Assembly (NCBI RefSeq): GCF_002113885.1
Contig: NW_018408739.1
Location: forward strand, 109,515-173,514
Origin: Mizuhopecten yessoensis
Taxonomy: Eukaryota
Length of the DNA: 64,000 nt
Direction of reading: 5' to 3'
Position numbers and translations under genes: made by a program. The notes beneath the pieces are model-generated. The model was not told the DNA's origin. It did not search any database and saw only the letters and a list, made by a program, of their open reading frames with translations. Positions 11,306 through 24,777 of the stretch are shown one piece after another. How positions within the stretch are numbered: position 1 is the first letter of the stretch; each line of letters begins with the position of its first letter.

Positions 11306-14300
11306 ATGTTTCCTGCTGGATTTCCTCGTAGAATTGTTCACATAAAGAGACACTTAACGGTGTTTTCAAGGCAAAAACTGGTGACACCAAGTAAAACGAG
11401 ATTTACTAAGGACAGATGCATCAATACGTTAACGGGAATTAATGGAGGAAAACGGAACTGTTCTACTTTCATTTTCCAAATACAACACACAGGTCAAAGT
11501 CCAACTTTGAATTCAATATGTACATGTAGACAAAATCTTGAAAGGTTTACCATAAATAGTTCTGCTCGCGTATCAGGAAGATGTTATCATCACAACAAAG
11601 ATGTACGAAATACTAACGTCGAGTTGCCGAGCTTGAAGTGTGCTTTTGGCCTAGTGCTAGGTAGCTTAGTTTGTTTAGGTTTGGGGGTTTATAAGTTGAA
11701 AACGGAAGCGTACAGTTGTGACTATGAGGAGCAACCTAGTCCACAGGCAACACTTACAGGAGAAGGAAGGAGGTCCATAAATCTCAATGAGGCTATTGAC
11801 AGATCTAGAGATTTGGCCAGAAGGATCAAGGTATATATACTTTTGATAAGTGGCCGGGTCACCATCAAACCTGTGTCCCTCTTTTACAGTGTTTCGTCTT
11901 TTTGGCCTGTAAAGGCGAGAATCAACAACACAATATATAATCATAGCTGCATTCTAATAAAGTACAAGTATATTAAGAACAGACTCACAGGGGGAACACT
12001 GACTGAATCATCTGTTTGACCTAGCTATTACTGACCTAAACGGGAGAGGAGAGGGGGGCTAGATCTTCACCCTGACAGTGGCTTATTTGGCATGTGCATG
12101 TGCGTGTAAAGACTCTCTATCAATATGCAAAATGTCCCATAAATGACTAGTAACATATATGTATATGTAATCTACAATTTCACTCAGTCACATTGTTGTA
12201 CAGTTGAACAATACACATCACTCACTTCATTTTCTAATGTACTGTATAAACCTCCTCCAGCAATTAAATTGAATTAAGCTAAATTATATTGTTGATCGTG
12301 ATTAGCTTTGTTGACTGATATAGAGTCGTAAATAATGAGAAAAGTGTTATAATCTCAATATGACTTATGTAAAAATATGTACATGTAACTGACTGACAGG
12401 CATAAAATTAGTTATGAGACCTTCTGGGTCAGTTTGATTAACTCACCTATTACATGGCTTTGTTTATCACGTAACATACTTTATACTATGAACAACTTGT
12501 GTCATAGCTAGGATACAGAAAGACTGTAATCAGATATGGCCTTAAGCTTTGCACTAGAGAGATAAGTTTACCTTTGGTTCAGCTCTGTAGTAGGGAGTTG
12601 GTTAAGTGGAAGATTTGGATGTTGCTCACAGTGCATGTAAATTAGTAAAATATAGAACAGTGGGACAGCTCGGAGGCAGTCATATCTGTTTTTATAAAAA
12701 TGATGTTATCTTTATGTTAAAAAAGGCAGAATTTCCTCAGGTGAAAATGACCTGAAAAAACCCCGATCTGATATAGAACTCAATGCAAGCTGAACTACGT
12801 ACAAGTCAGGTCAAATTCACAGGAAGTTATTTTTTCTGGTCAATTTCGGGTTATTGTCAGGTAAATTTTTCATCTGAAATTGACTTATGTTTTATATTTC
12901 ATTTTAATGTCAGAATAAGCTGGCAATGAATTGAACTTGATTTGAATTGACTTGAAGAAATTTTGTCTATGTAAAATTAAGTGTAAGATAATTAGGAAAG
13001 CGATTATTTTTGTTATGATTTACTTTGATTTTTTAGGATGAATCAGGAAGTCCTGGTCTGGCAATCTCTGTCAGTGTAGATGGACAAGAGGTCTGGAGTG
13101 AAGGTAACACAATACACAACAAATTATAACAGCAAAATTGTTTATGTGGGTAAGCATTCCCTGGTACATTATAATATTCTGTCCTGTTACAGTCGGGCCA
13201 CTGACCAACCATTGTTTCAAGCATAGGGTATACAGTTGGCAAGGGGAAACCCGAACCTCAGGGTTGTAAATAGTTGTGTCTTCGGGGTGGGGGTGGGTGG
13301 CAAGTTGAAGATTTGGAAAAAGGACGGAGGAATGTAGCAGAATAGGACTGGATCGATTGTCAGTGACCAGGTTGCAGAGGGTCCTGGGTTCAAACCCAAA
13401 TCTGAACGTGCATTTTTCAATCTCTTGTTGCACTTAAAAAAAATCACTTTTTTATATTTTTGGAACAAATGTCCAATAAGGTAGTACAAAAGATAATGAA
13501 GAATCAACCGACTACATTTTACTACTGGCTTATCTCCCCCTTGGTTGAAAACTTAGGATCAGACATCCAAGTGATCAAAATTATTAGAGTTATTTTTTTT
13601 CTAATTAATTCAATATTCTAGAGATATTTGGGCCAGTCTAGGTAATAATGTTAGAGGCGACAAGCATGGATACCTGTTTGTAGTCTGCAGTCTGTGAATA
13701 TAAAAAGTCAAACTTCGATGTTGCGAACTTTGAAGGACCATCGAGAAAAATTGAAGCATCAAGACTTTGACTAATGAGTACATTTTGTATTAAACTTGGA
13801 ACATCTTTAAACTCTACAATAGACGGAATTTATATATATAAGATTAATGTAATTAGAAAAAAAGGTTTGATATATTTGTGCACTAGCTGTAATTGCATGT
13901 TTAGGTGTTAACCTTACACTTCGATTTATTAGTTGTAATTTTCCACGTGTTCTAACGATTACATAGGATACAGAGGTTAATTGTCTAAATGTTAAAGTCT
14001 GGTGTTACATAGGATACAGAGGTTAATTGTCTAAATGTTAAAGTCTGGTGTTACATAGTTCTGGTTGTGTTATTAACTCATTCACCCCTGAAATTTCATG
14101 ATGAACTATTACAACCTTTGATTTGGAAGAGTTCAAACGTGTCTTCCGGGGTAAATGTGTTAAAGAGCTGTATTAAATGTCTGATACGAATTGTTGGCTT
14201 TATGCCTTGCTACAGATCTGTGGTCTTCGTTTCAGGTCTTGGCTATGCTGACGTGGAGAACCGTGTTCCTTGCTCTGCTGACTCTGTCCTCAGAATCGCC

Positions 14301-17300
14301 AGTATCAGTAAATCCATCACTATGGTAGCCGTTGCTAAGCAGCTTGAGGCTGGCACACTAGATCTTGACAAACCCGTCCAACACTACGTACCGAATTTTC
14401 CAGAGAAAACAGTTAACGGCAAGAAGGTGATTACTATTGACTATATAATTATGTCATTCCTACTTCTAAATATCTGTTCCATCACAACAAATCAGTTCAG
14501 TTTCCTCACTGGTTTTGATATCCAAAGATCAAAGGTCAAGGTCAAAGTCACATAACTGACATAAAATAACTACTGCCATAAAGTACCAAGCACTGGTAAG
14601 GAAGCAGTGTATGAAGTTTAGTTTGCCCATCCCAGCCCATGGCATTCAAGTTATTGGGTGGAGACTAATTTTCTATTTACAGTAACATTTTTTTATGTTT
14701 AGTACTATGAGGTGTTTGCTTAAAGAAATCCTGGACTAGTTACATTGATATAGGACTAGCAAATAATGTATCCAACTAGTCCTGTGGACTACCAAGCAAA
14801 ACTAAACCGTGTGTAACCCTGAGTCTCACAATAGTGTGAGTTCTTATGTGCTAATCAAACTCATATTTCATACATGGCTTTCTTACCAATGATGCATGCT
14901 TAGGGTTGCTTTTAAGGTCCGAAGTTTAAAGGTTAATGTTACTATAAATAGAAAAGTTGTTTTTTCCCAATAACTTTAGTCCAGGTTGGCTGGTCAGCAC
15001 ACAGACTACATGGATTCCCTCTTTACCTAACATTCTTGTTGATTCTTGTACACAATATCTGGAACCATTATGGGCTGATCAAACTCAAACTTCCTACACT
15101 GCTTCTTTACCAAGAGAGATTGCTCGGTATGCTTATAAGATTGAAAGGTATTTAGGCTGCTGGTACTGAATATTCAAGAAATAACCAGTTTTCTTTGGGG
15201 GGTGGTACTCTCTCACCACTGGTCATAATCTGTGATGTCACCATGGATATTAATACTGGTCATCATTGAATGTTCTTTGATGTCACCATTGGTGATGTTC
15301 TGTGATGTCATCATTGGTGATGTTCTTTGATGTCATCATTGATAATGTTCTTTGATGTCACCATTGATAATGTTTAATGATGGAACCATTGATAATGTGA
15401 TGTGATGTGATGTGAATCTATAACTATTGGATTTAATGTAATTAGAAAAATACGCTTGATGTATTTGTACACTGTATTTTTTTTCAGATGAAAACGTTTA
15501 AATGTTCTTGTGCAGGCATTTGTTTTACTTCCATTTATTAGTTGTAATTTTCAACATGTTCTAACGATTGGGTCTTGATTGTAGTTCGGAACAGCATGTA
15601 ATTTGACTTTTAAAAGTTTGATTCATAAATAGAATATCAGTAGCGATATACATTTTTTTTTTAAAAATCCAGACTTTGTCGCAAGTTTGACACATCAAGA
15701 AATTCAAATCTTGTGATGTTACCATTGGTGATTTTCTGTGATGTCACCATTGATAAAGTTCTGTGATGTCACCATTGATAAAGATCTGTGATGTCACCAT
15801 TGGTAAAGTTCTGTGATGTCCCCATTGGTAAAGTTCTGTGATGTCACCATTGGCAATGTTCTGTGATGTCACCATTGATAACGTTCTGTGATGTTACCAT
15901 TGGTGATGTTCTGTGATGTCACCATTGGTTATGTTCCTTGATGTCACCATTGGTAATGTTCTGCGATGTCACCATTGGTTATGTTCTTTGATGTCACCAT
16001 TGATTATGTTCTGTGATGTCACCATTGGTGATGTTCTGTGTTGTCACCATTGGTAATGTTCTGTTAGGTCACCATTGATACTGTTATGTCACCATTGGTA
16101 ATGTTCTTTGATGTCACCATTGATTATGTTCTGTGATGTCACCATTGATAACGTTCTGTGATGTTACCATTGGTGATGTTCTGTGATGTCCCCATTGGTA
16201 ATGTTCTTTGATGTCACCATTGATTATGTTCTGTTATGTCACCATTGGTAATGTTCTTTGATGTCACCATTGATAATGTTTCTTGATGTCACCATTGGTA
16301 ATGTTCTTTGATGTCACCATTGATAATGTTTCTTGATGTCACCATTGATAATGTTCTTTGATGACACCATTGATAATGTTCTGTGATGTCATCATTGCTA
16401 ATGTTCTGTGATGTCACCATTGGTTATGTTCTGTTATGTCACCATTGATAATGTTCTTTGATGTCACCATTGGTAATGTTCTTTGATGTCACCATTGATA
16501 ATGTTTCTTGATGTCACCATTGATAATGTTCTTTGATGTCACCATTGATAATGTTCTGTGATGTCATCATTGATAATGTTCTGTGATGTCACCATTGGTG
16601 ATGTTCTGTGATGTCACCATTGGTAATGTTCTGTTATGTCACCATTGATACTGTTATGTCACCATTGGTAATGTTCTTTGATGTCACCATTGATAATGTT
16701 CTGTGATGTCACCATTGGTAATGTTCTCTGATGTCACCATTGATTATGTTCTGTGATGTCACCATTGGTGATGTTCTGTGATGTCACCATTGGTAATGTT
16801 CTCTGACGTCACCATTGATTATGTTCTGTGATGTCACCATTGGTTATGTTCTTTATTGATAATGTTCTGTGATATTCTTGATGTCACCATTGGTAATGTT
16901 CTGTGATGTCACCATTGGTTATGTTCCTTGATGTCACCATTGGTAATGTTCTGCGATGTCACCATTGGTTATGTTCTTTGATGTCACCATTGATTATGTT
17001 CTGTTATGTCACCATTGATAATGTTCTTTGATGTCACCATTGATTATGTTCTGTTATGTCACCATTGGTAATGTTCTGTGATGTCACCATTGGTAATGTT
17101 CTGTGATATCACCATTAATAATGTTCTTTGATGTCACCATTGGTAATGTTCTGTGATGTCACCATTGATAATGTTCTGTGATATCACCATTGATAATGTT
17201 CTGTGATGTCACCATTGGTAATGTTCTGTGATATCACCATTGATAATGTTCTTTGATGTTACCATTGGTGATGTTCTGTGATGTCACCATTGGTAATGTT

Positions 17301-20300
17301 CTGTGATGTCACCATTGATAATGTTCTTTGATGTTACCATTGATAATGTTCTGTGATGTCACCATTGATAATGTTCTGTGATGTCACCATTGATAAAGTT
17401 CTGTGATGTTACCATTGGTGATGTTCTGTGATGTCACCATTGATTATGTTCTGTGATGTCACCATTGATAATTTTCTGTGATGTCACCATTGATAATGTT
17501 CTGTGATATCACCATTGATAATGTTCTGTGATGTCACCATTGATTATGTTTTGTGATGTCACCATTGATTATGTTCTGTGATGTCACCATTGGTAATGTT
17601 CTGTGATGTGCCCATTGATAATGTTCTGTGATGTCACCATTGGTGATGTTCTGTGATGTTACCATTGATAATGTTTTGTGATGTCACCATTGATAATGTT
17701 CTGTGATGTCACCATTGGTGATGTTCTGTGATGTTACCATTGATAATGTTTTGTGATGTCACCATTGATAATGTTCTGTGATGTCACCATTGGTAATGTT
17801 CTGTGATGTCACCATTGATAATTTTCTGTGATGTCACCATTGATAATGTTCTGTGATATCACCATTGGTAATGTTCTCTGATGTCACCATTGATTATGTT
17901 CTGTGATGTCACCATTGGTAATGTTCTGTGATGTCACCATTGATAATGTTCTGTGATGTCACCATTGATAATGTTCTGTGATGTCACCATTGATTATGTT
18001 CTTTGATGTCACCATTGATAATGTTCTTTGATGTCACCATTGATAAAGTTCTGTGATAACATTTTCCTGTGGTGTAACCCTTAACATTTTATGTGATAAC
18101 ATTTTTTTGTAATATAGTCATCTGTTTCGTAATCTTTAACACTTTTTATTTGATAACAATGTTTTTGTGATGTTACACTGTTTTCTGTGATAGTAACCTT
18201 GAACAGTTTTCCTTATAAAACCATCGACACTTTTCTGTCTGATAACCATTGACACTTCGAGTATTTACATATGTGTCCCTGCAGGTAGGGCGTAAGAATT
18301 GTACCTGCTGCTCCAATTGCATGATCGTAAGAGGAGACGAAATTTGGGACCTTATCTTTTCTCTTCTTTCTAAACAACTTTCTTCTTCCTAATGTCTCCC
18401 TTGTTTAATTGAGCGTTCGCCCCTGTGAGGAAGGCTTTGGGTTCTGTCCCCTGGCCGAGGCATATACCAGAGTCTGTAAAAATGGTAGTTTCTACTCCTG
18501 CTTAACGCTCAGTAATTTAGGAGTGGGATGACTGGTTCGCCTGTTGTCAGCATAATGTGACCGGGTTGGTGTCTTCGGCAGTATGTTTCAGTAAGTGAGG
18601 TAGCACTATAAAGTCAGCATCAGTTCCGCGCTATCACAAGGAGACAAACACGAACATATCGCATCCTCCCAAAACACACATGCATACACTACACGCATAC
18701 ACTACACGCATGCATCTTGTACACAGGGGAGGCCGTCCTTAAATGACCATAGCTATTGATAGGACGTTAATCAATACTAAACCAAACCAAACCAAACCAA
18801 ACCAAACCAAACCAAACCAATTTAAATATGTTTCATTCCATGTTTTATGTCATATAACCATGTATAAACCATGTTAATGTGATGCAGCCAAAGTAACAAA
18901 TTGTCTCATTTCAGAGGTGAAGTGACTTCCTGAATTCTAGCTCTGGTAATTCAGCACCAAAGTTTATAATTCTTTAGGTGATTAATACTTGGTTGTCAGC
19001 TGGTCGTTTATCAGGAATCTACTTAGTATCAGTAAAGCTTACTAAATGCATTTACTAAACCAATAACATGTACATGGCAGATCTAGAGGAGTTCCTGGGC
19101 TTCAGCAAATCTCTATGCCTTGGTTTGTTTATATTTTTCCAAACCATGTATTTTTCCCATTCCCATAAACGTATAAGTGGCATATCTAGGGGAGTATTCT
19201 GTGCCTTAGTAAGATTTTCCGGGTTAAAGCAAATCTCACCGTTAACTCACCGTTGTCGACGTCATATACCATTAGTCTTTGACTACTTATTACTGACGCT
19301 TCTACTAATTCTACTGGTACAAAGACTTGGTTTTTTTCAAGCCCATGTATTTTCCCCTTTCCCATAAACGTATAAGTGGCATACAATTTGCATCTAGGGG
19401 AGTATTCTGTGCCTAAGTAAGTTTTTCTGGGATTTTTTTCTGTACAATGTAAGTGACACAACTCGAGGAGCTAACAGGGCTTAACCCTTTCACCACTGTA
19501 GACCATAATGGACTCATCCAGATCAATGCATGGTAGAGTCTACTAAAGTTACATAGGGGTGAAACGGTTAAGCAAGTCTCCTAGCCTTGGTTTCAAAACC
19601 AAGTATTTTCCTATTTTAACAAACACACACTGAGAACAGACCCTGGCAAATTCGGTTATTATTAGCTCTTTTTCATTTCTATAGATAATCTCAAAATGAA
19701 AGTGATTTTAGGTTCATATTCCTTTGTGTTTCAAACAATATAAAATTGGTTCGTTTTTAAGCACATTTATCCCTGTGTCGTTTCCTACTTAAATTTGTAA
19801 GGTTTGGCCATAATCTCAACAGTGCTAAAACTTATTTTGACTTAAAGAAACACAATATCTATTTTGACAGGTAACCATAACAACCAGACATCTGGTGTCT
19901 CACCTTGGAGGGATCCGTCACTACCACACAAAAGCCAGTATACCCAAAGTGGAGGCGAACACACAGGTAATTTCGGCTATCATTTGTAGAATCCTTTGTG
20001 TGTATGTATATCTAAGCCAAAATGTAGACACATTTTTTTCACTTGTCCAAAATTTCTTATGAGTTTTTGTGATGGCTCTGCGTGCAGACTTTGTCTGACA
20101 TCCCTCCCTCGATCCCACGTCCGTTTCCATAAGTGGAATAGAAGATATATATATATGTTTCCTGTTGACTGCCATATATCTTTCACAGGTAGGACAAAAT
20201 GTTGATATTTGTTACCAGGGCGAAGCACGAATGAAATCATAGTAAATTATGTCATTTGAATGAAACATATTTAGTGTTCGTTTGGAAAACCATTAATTTT

Positions 20301-23300
20301 TTCTATTTCTAACATTTTTAACTCATTCAAACCTGGCATTTCATAATGAACAATTCCAAACTTTGAATTGGAAGAGTTCAAATGCAACTTCAGGGTGAAT
20401 GTGTAAAACTTCCTCAACAAAGTGCTAGATCTAGTAGCGTTATCTTTAGTGCACAATTTTAACAATGACATGCTTAACAACAGACTAACGCCATATCGTC
20501 ATATTCAGCGCAATTCTACCACGTATTATCTGGTAGAATTTGCTTACCAAATTGTTGTCAATTTTGTAGTTATGTTTTTAACTTAATTTCTGTAATGAAA
20601 ATGTACAAATGACTACTTATTGAATATTGTACTGTTGCTTCATCAACAGCTGAACAGAACATCTGCGGCTTTGAATGCAGTGAATGGAAAATACCATTCC
20701 GATTGGTCAATATAACAAATTCAGTTAATAACCGTATATCTTCATTAGTTTTAAATACATTGATAACAAAACATTATTTTCCGTGTATAGTACTTGAATA
20801 GTATAGCCGCTGTTCAGCACCACTCCCCTAACACACCAGAGATAAATCATAGTAAGCCACAAAAACTCTGGAAAACCTTATGATGTCCCGACGAGTTTAA
20901 AAATAAAGAATTACCTTACTTCTGATTTAAATATATAACACTCTCCTGATTTTGATATTCCAATTTTGTATGCGTGGCAGAAAAGAAAAGAAAACAACAT
21001 TAAAATGTTTTACACCGTAGCCTACGCTGTCTGTCTCGGGCTAGAATGATCCACCACTCAATGCAAACCATGGACTTATATATATAAATCTAATCTAATT
21101 CCGTGATTCAAACTGGTTACCAGGTGTACGTCGACCCTGCCCTTCATCAATCTCGTGCACCTTACCTTTCACTGACCTATCTGTGTATTGTTCATACTAC
21201 CTTTCACCCATACGAACCATTATGAATATTCATGTACTCTCCGCCTTTCGCATCTATTTGAACCCTATTCCGTCTTTGCGTATTGCAGAGTTATCTTCTC
21301 TTGGGAGCAGGTATTGATTGTTACGTCATTGGTTTGTGTGAGAAAATTACGTCGTTTTCTCAAAATTTAATGACGTTACTCTCACAAACAAGTGATGTAA
21401 CAATCAATACCTGCTCCCAAGAGAAGATAACTCTGCAATACGCAAAGACGGAATAAGGAAATGAAACACATACCATTTTTAACTGTTATACTACATAACG
21501 CAGTAAACTTTAATTAATTAATATGTGTGTTTACCGTATGTCGGTAAAAATGTCCTCAATTTTAAAGGAAAATGTTAAGTAAATCAATATGAAGTATTGC
21601 TCAAGTTAACTTATCACACGATCCACTGACTTGAAATGACTCAATCTAACGGGTAAGAGTATATACGAGAAAATAGTTACGTAGGACCAATGTGATGACG
21701 ATTCTACAATGATGGGCACCACCATGATCCTTTATGGATTTGTAGCTTAATTAAGTAGTTATGAATCAATGAGTATTAATTAATGGGTTGAATCCAGACT
21801 ACAAAGACAAGCAAACCTGGCCAGAAAACTGCTGCTGAAGAGACATCTGAATTATCATTGGCCGAGTACCTTATATCTACCAACTACAAAAGTGTCACCG
21901 AAAGTCTGAACTTGTTCAAGGATGACCCTTTAGTACACGAACCAGGTATATATGAGACATAAAAGTTCAGTAACGACTTGTGATACATAGTATTAAGACG
22001 TACATGTCACCTGTTACCTTTTTCAAGGGACTGTCTCTCTGAACCCGAATGTTTACCATCTGGTCCATCTGAAGCATAAATGACCAAGTTTGGTCCTCTT
22101 GTCGTAAAATTTCGACCAAATATATTTCTGTTTTAATGCAATAATATCTCAGAGAACAATACCAACTTTGTATATCATGAATTGCAAATGAAATTTCAAA
22201 TATCCTTACATAAGACTTCACAAAAGGTGTGAAAATCCATCAAGCCTTATAACTCTTATTACGTTAAACTACCCCTAGAGGCCCTGGTCAGTGGTCATTG
22301 GTTGTGTTTACATGATACTTTAGCTAATACATGTCACTGGTCACGATATGAACTTTTTGAAAATGATATAAATTAGTAATCTAATTGAATTCACCAATCA
22401 TGGAACTTAAGAAATGCAGCAAAAACATTCGCTTGCATTTGTTCTTCTCTATGAGTTAGCCCAGAGGGACAAATTCCTCTGAGGTTGACATGTATGACAA
22501 AGAAAATACGAATTTTATCATTAACAAAAATAAAGGAGGGATAGAAGAAGTGCATAAAGAGGACGAGGAGGGAAAGATGGAGAAAGAGTGATAAATATGA
22601 AAAATGTGGAAGAGACTTACGATGGGAAATATAAATATAAAACATAAAGAAGGTTATAGGATTTCTGATACAGTGTGCTGTGCATTGGCAAAAGTGGAAA
22701 TTTTGGTGGTGTGAGTAAAAAAAAAAGCATGGAAATATCCAAACCAGAATATTAATTTATACAATGAAGATAACATATAGGTTATAAATAGAATATATAT
22801 AAATATTTCAGAACAATTGCCAGGGTGAACATGTTCACACTGCAACCAGTCTAATGAGATTCAACATGAACGTTTCTACATGGCCAATTTCCAATTTTAC
22901 AGTGTAAAGTTAAAATAACAAATTTTACTTTATACACAAAAAGTGTACGTATTAAACGTGTGTCAACGTTTCAAGACCGACCGGTCCGTTTTCAAGCTAT
23001 GACCAGTGAGCGATTTGTATTGTTTACCTGTACAACAATGTGACGAAATTGTATGTTTCGTCTATCGACATAGAGTATATAGTATACACTGTATCGAATA
23101 GGTTTCAGTGTATAAAGTAAAACTTTGATATTACATATATCCAAACTGATGAATCCTATTGGAAGTAAAAAGTGACAGTCAATCCTTGCACTTTCGATGA
23201 CATTGAAGGGCCTTGATTTCCTGTATGTTTTGCTTTAGGCTCCAAATATCTGTATACAACATACGGCTTCACCTTGTTGAGTGCTGTATTGGAGGCTGTG

Positions 23301-24314
23301 GCTAAAACACCATTTGAGAAAATGATGCAGAAATATATTATTGAGATGGGTATGGATGATACCTTCCTTGACGAGAACACTCCTATCATCTACAACAGAG
23401 GAAGGTAGGTACAATGTATAAGGTATTCAGTCTTTGCGTATTGCAGAGTTATCTTCTCTTGTGAGCAGTTATTGATTGTCACGTCATTGGTTTGTGCGAG
23501 AAAATTACGTCGTTTTCTCAAAAGTTGATGACGTTAGTCTCACAAACAAGTGACGTAACAATCAATACCTGCTCCCAAGAGAAGATAACTCTTCAATACG
23601 CAAAGACGGAATAGGTTTATATAATGTATATAAACTATGCGTCGTCTACTTACTGCTTTGTACTATTCAATCTTGTATAGATGACTACTTATTTGCTGTT
23701 TCAGACATTACATGAAGAACAAGAGAGGACGCCTCATCAATACCCCCTATGTGGACCTCTCGTACAAGTGGGCCGGGGGTGGTTTCCTCTCTACCACACG
23801 TGATCTCATTAAATTTGGTCACGTGATGCTGTACAGTTATCAGCAAGGGTCAGATACCAAAAATAATCAAAACAGAGGTCAAAGTTCAAAGGCGAACTCA
23901 AACAGCAAAAGTCAGAAATCCAAGGCTATTAACACTTCTAATCAGGAAGACAAGAAGAGCAAAGCGACTGGATTTCTCAAAGGAGAATCTGTACAGTTGC
24001 TTTGGGAACCTGTTGTTAATACCAAAAGCTCTGCTTTTGATAAATTTGGATATTATGGGATGGGATGGGATGTAGTACCAGAGGGTGAAAACTTCCGGTG
24101 TTGTCATCAAAGTGATCATATTGTTTCACACACAGGTGGGGCGGTGGGAGGGAGCAGTGTCTTAGTCATAAAACCAAAAAAGTGTGATATAGACAGTGAC
24201 TCCCATGGGGAGCCCCAAGGTGTTGTTGTTGCTATGATTGTCAACATGACAGCAGTCTCTTTATACAAAACCGCTGTCAAGGTTGCTAAATTATTTGAAG
24301 AAGCATCATCTTAA
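11306..24314 (+). CDS. LACTB: Serine beta-lactamase-like protein LACTB, mitochondrial, 7 exons, 600 aa
   Basis: Exons 11306-11830, 13037-13103, 14236-14426, 19871-19966, 21798-21945, 23239-23404, 23705-24314 (1803 nt, phases consistent). Motifs: RIASISKSIT (SxxK), SHLGGIRHY, FKDDPL, YLYTTYG (YxT), PYVDLSYKWAGGGFLST, SHTGGAVGGSS (HTG). The N-terminus is Arg/Lys-rich and presequence-like, followed by a hydrophobic segment. Confidence 0.93.
13181..13432 (+). mobile_element. Decayed tRNA-promoter TRIM (Helenus-like): LTR end, internal region, PPT, 3' LTR
   Basis: cctgttaca LTR end. PPT aaaaaggacggaggaa. LTR tgtagcag...ggatcgatt...gggttcaaaccc...cttgttgca at 13333-13432, homologous to 43698-43823. 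Confidence 0.55.
14076..14159 (+). mobile_element. ~85-bp TTAA-flanked MITE (related family; other copies ~5935-6020 and ~20322-20403)
   Basis: TTAA|CTCATTCACCCCTGAA...CCGGGGTAAATGTG|TTAA. The internal gaactatt.caacctttga.ttggaa.agttcaaa is shared by three copies. Confidence 0.65.
15712..18057 (+). repeat. 25-bp minisatellite, ~90+ copies (plus ~7 copies at 15232-15400), in LACTB intron 3
   Basis: Unit gatgtcaccattgataatgttctgt. Confidence 0.95.
18275..18819 (+). mobile_element. Meta-like SINE with structured 5' extension and (AAACC)n tail
   Basis: 12-bp TSD atttac/aatatgt (18263-18274 and 18820-18831, one mismatch). Meta-like body aaaaatggtag...gactggtt...ataatgtgaccg...gtttcagt...tagcactataaa. 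3' end ccttaaatgaccatagct..tgataggacgttaa. Confidence 0.7.
19485..19567 (-). mobile_element. 83-bp piggyBac-like MITE, second copy
   Basis: Reverse complement of 655-737, flanked by TTAA on both sides. Confidence 0.8.
21268..21453. mobile_element. 186-bp palindromic MITE, copy 2
   Basis: Same TIRs and TA TSD, in LACTB intron 4. Confidence 0.85.
23426..23611. mobile_element. 186-bp palindromic MITE, copy 3
   Basis: Same TIRs and TA TSD; makes up most of LACTB intron 6. Confidence 0.85.
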
Positions 24315-24777
24315 CTCTAAAGTTTCTTTATGCTACCAGAATGCCACATGAACATGTAACTGGTCTTTTCTTTTCTAAAAGAGCTCTTCCCACTTAAGAC
24401 TCGGATGCTTTTATAATGATAAATAGGTTTAATTTGTTTGATTTGTTACAGATTTGAATGAATGAATTATAGAAAGAATGCAACTCGCTGGTTCTATCAA
24501 AGCTTTGTTTATGTTATTGATATAGGTAAGAAGTACCATAATTATATCCGGCATTTTTGCTGCTCTCAATGTCCCTTTTTGTTTACTCAAGATGACTATT
24601 TTTATACAGGTTTAAACTTTGAGATCTAGAAATATGTAACAATTTAACTTTCGAGAGATATTGTCCTGGATGTTAACTGCCGAATATATATTCCAGTGTA
24701 CAGTAAAGGTAGAAATATTGACGATAAGTAGTATCCACAATTGAATTTGTCACAATTTATGTATCGACATATTTGTA

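Noticed and set aside
21188-21370. Small ORF sharing YSVFAYCRVIFSWEQVLIV with the ORF at 33976-34203, suggesting a peptide family
   Set aside because: The shared segment is the MITE TIR read in frame.
11306-24314. Horizontally acquired beta-lactamase or resistance gene
   Set aside because: An intron-containing gene with LACTB-specific motifs; this is the ordinary metazoan mitochondrial LACTB.
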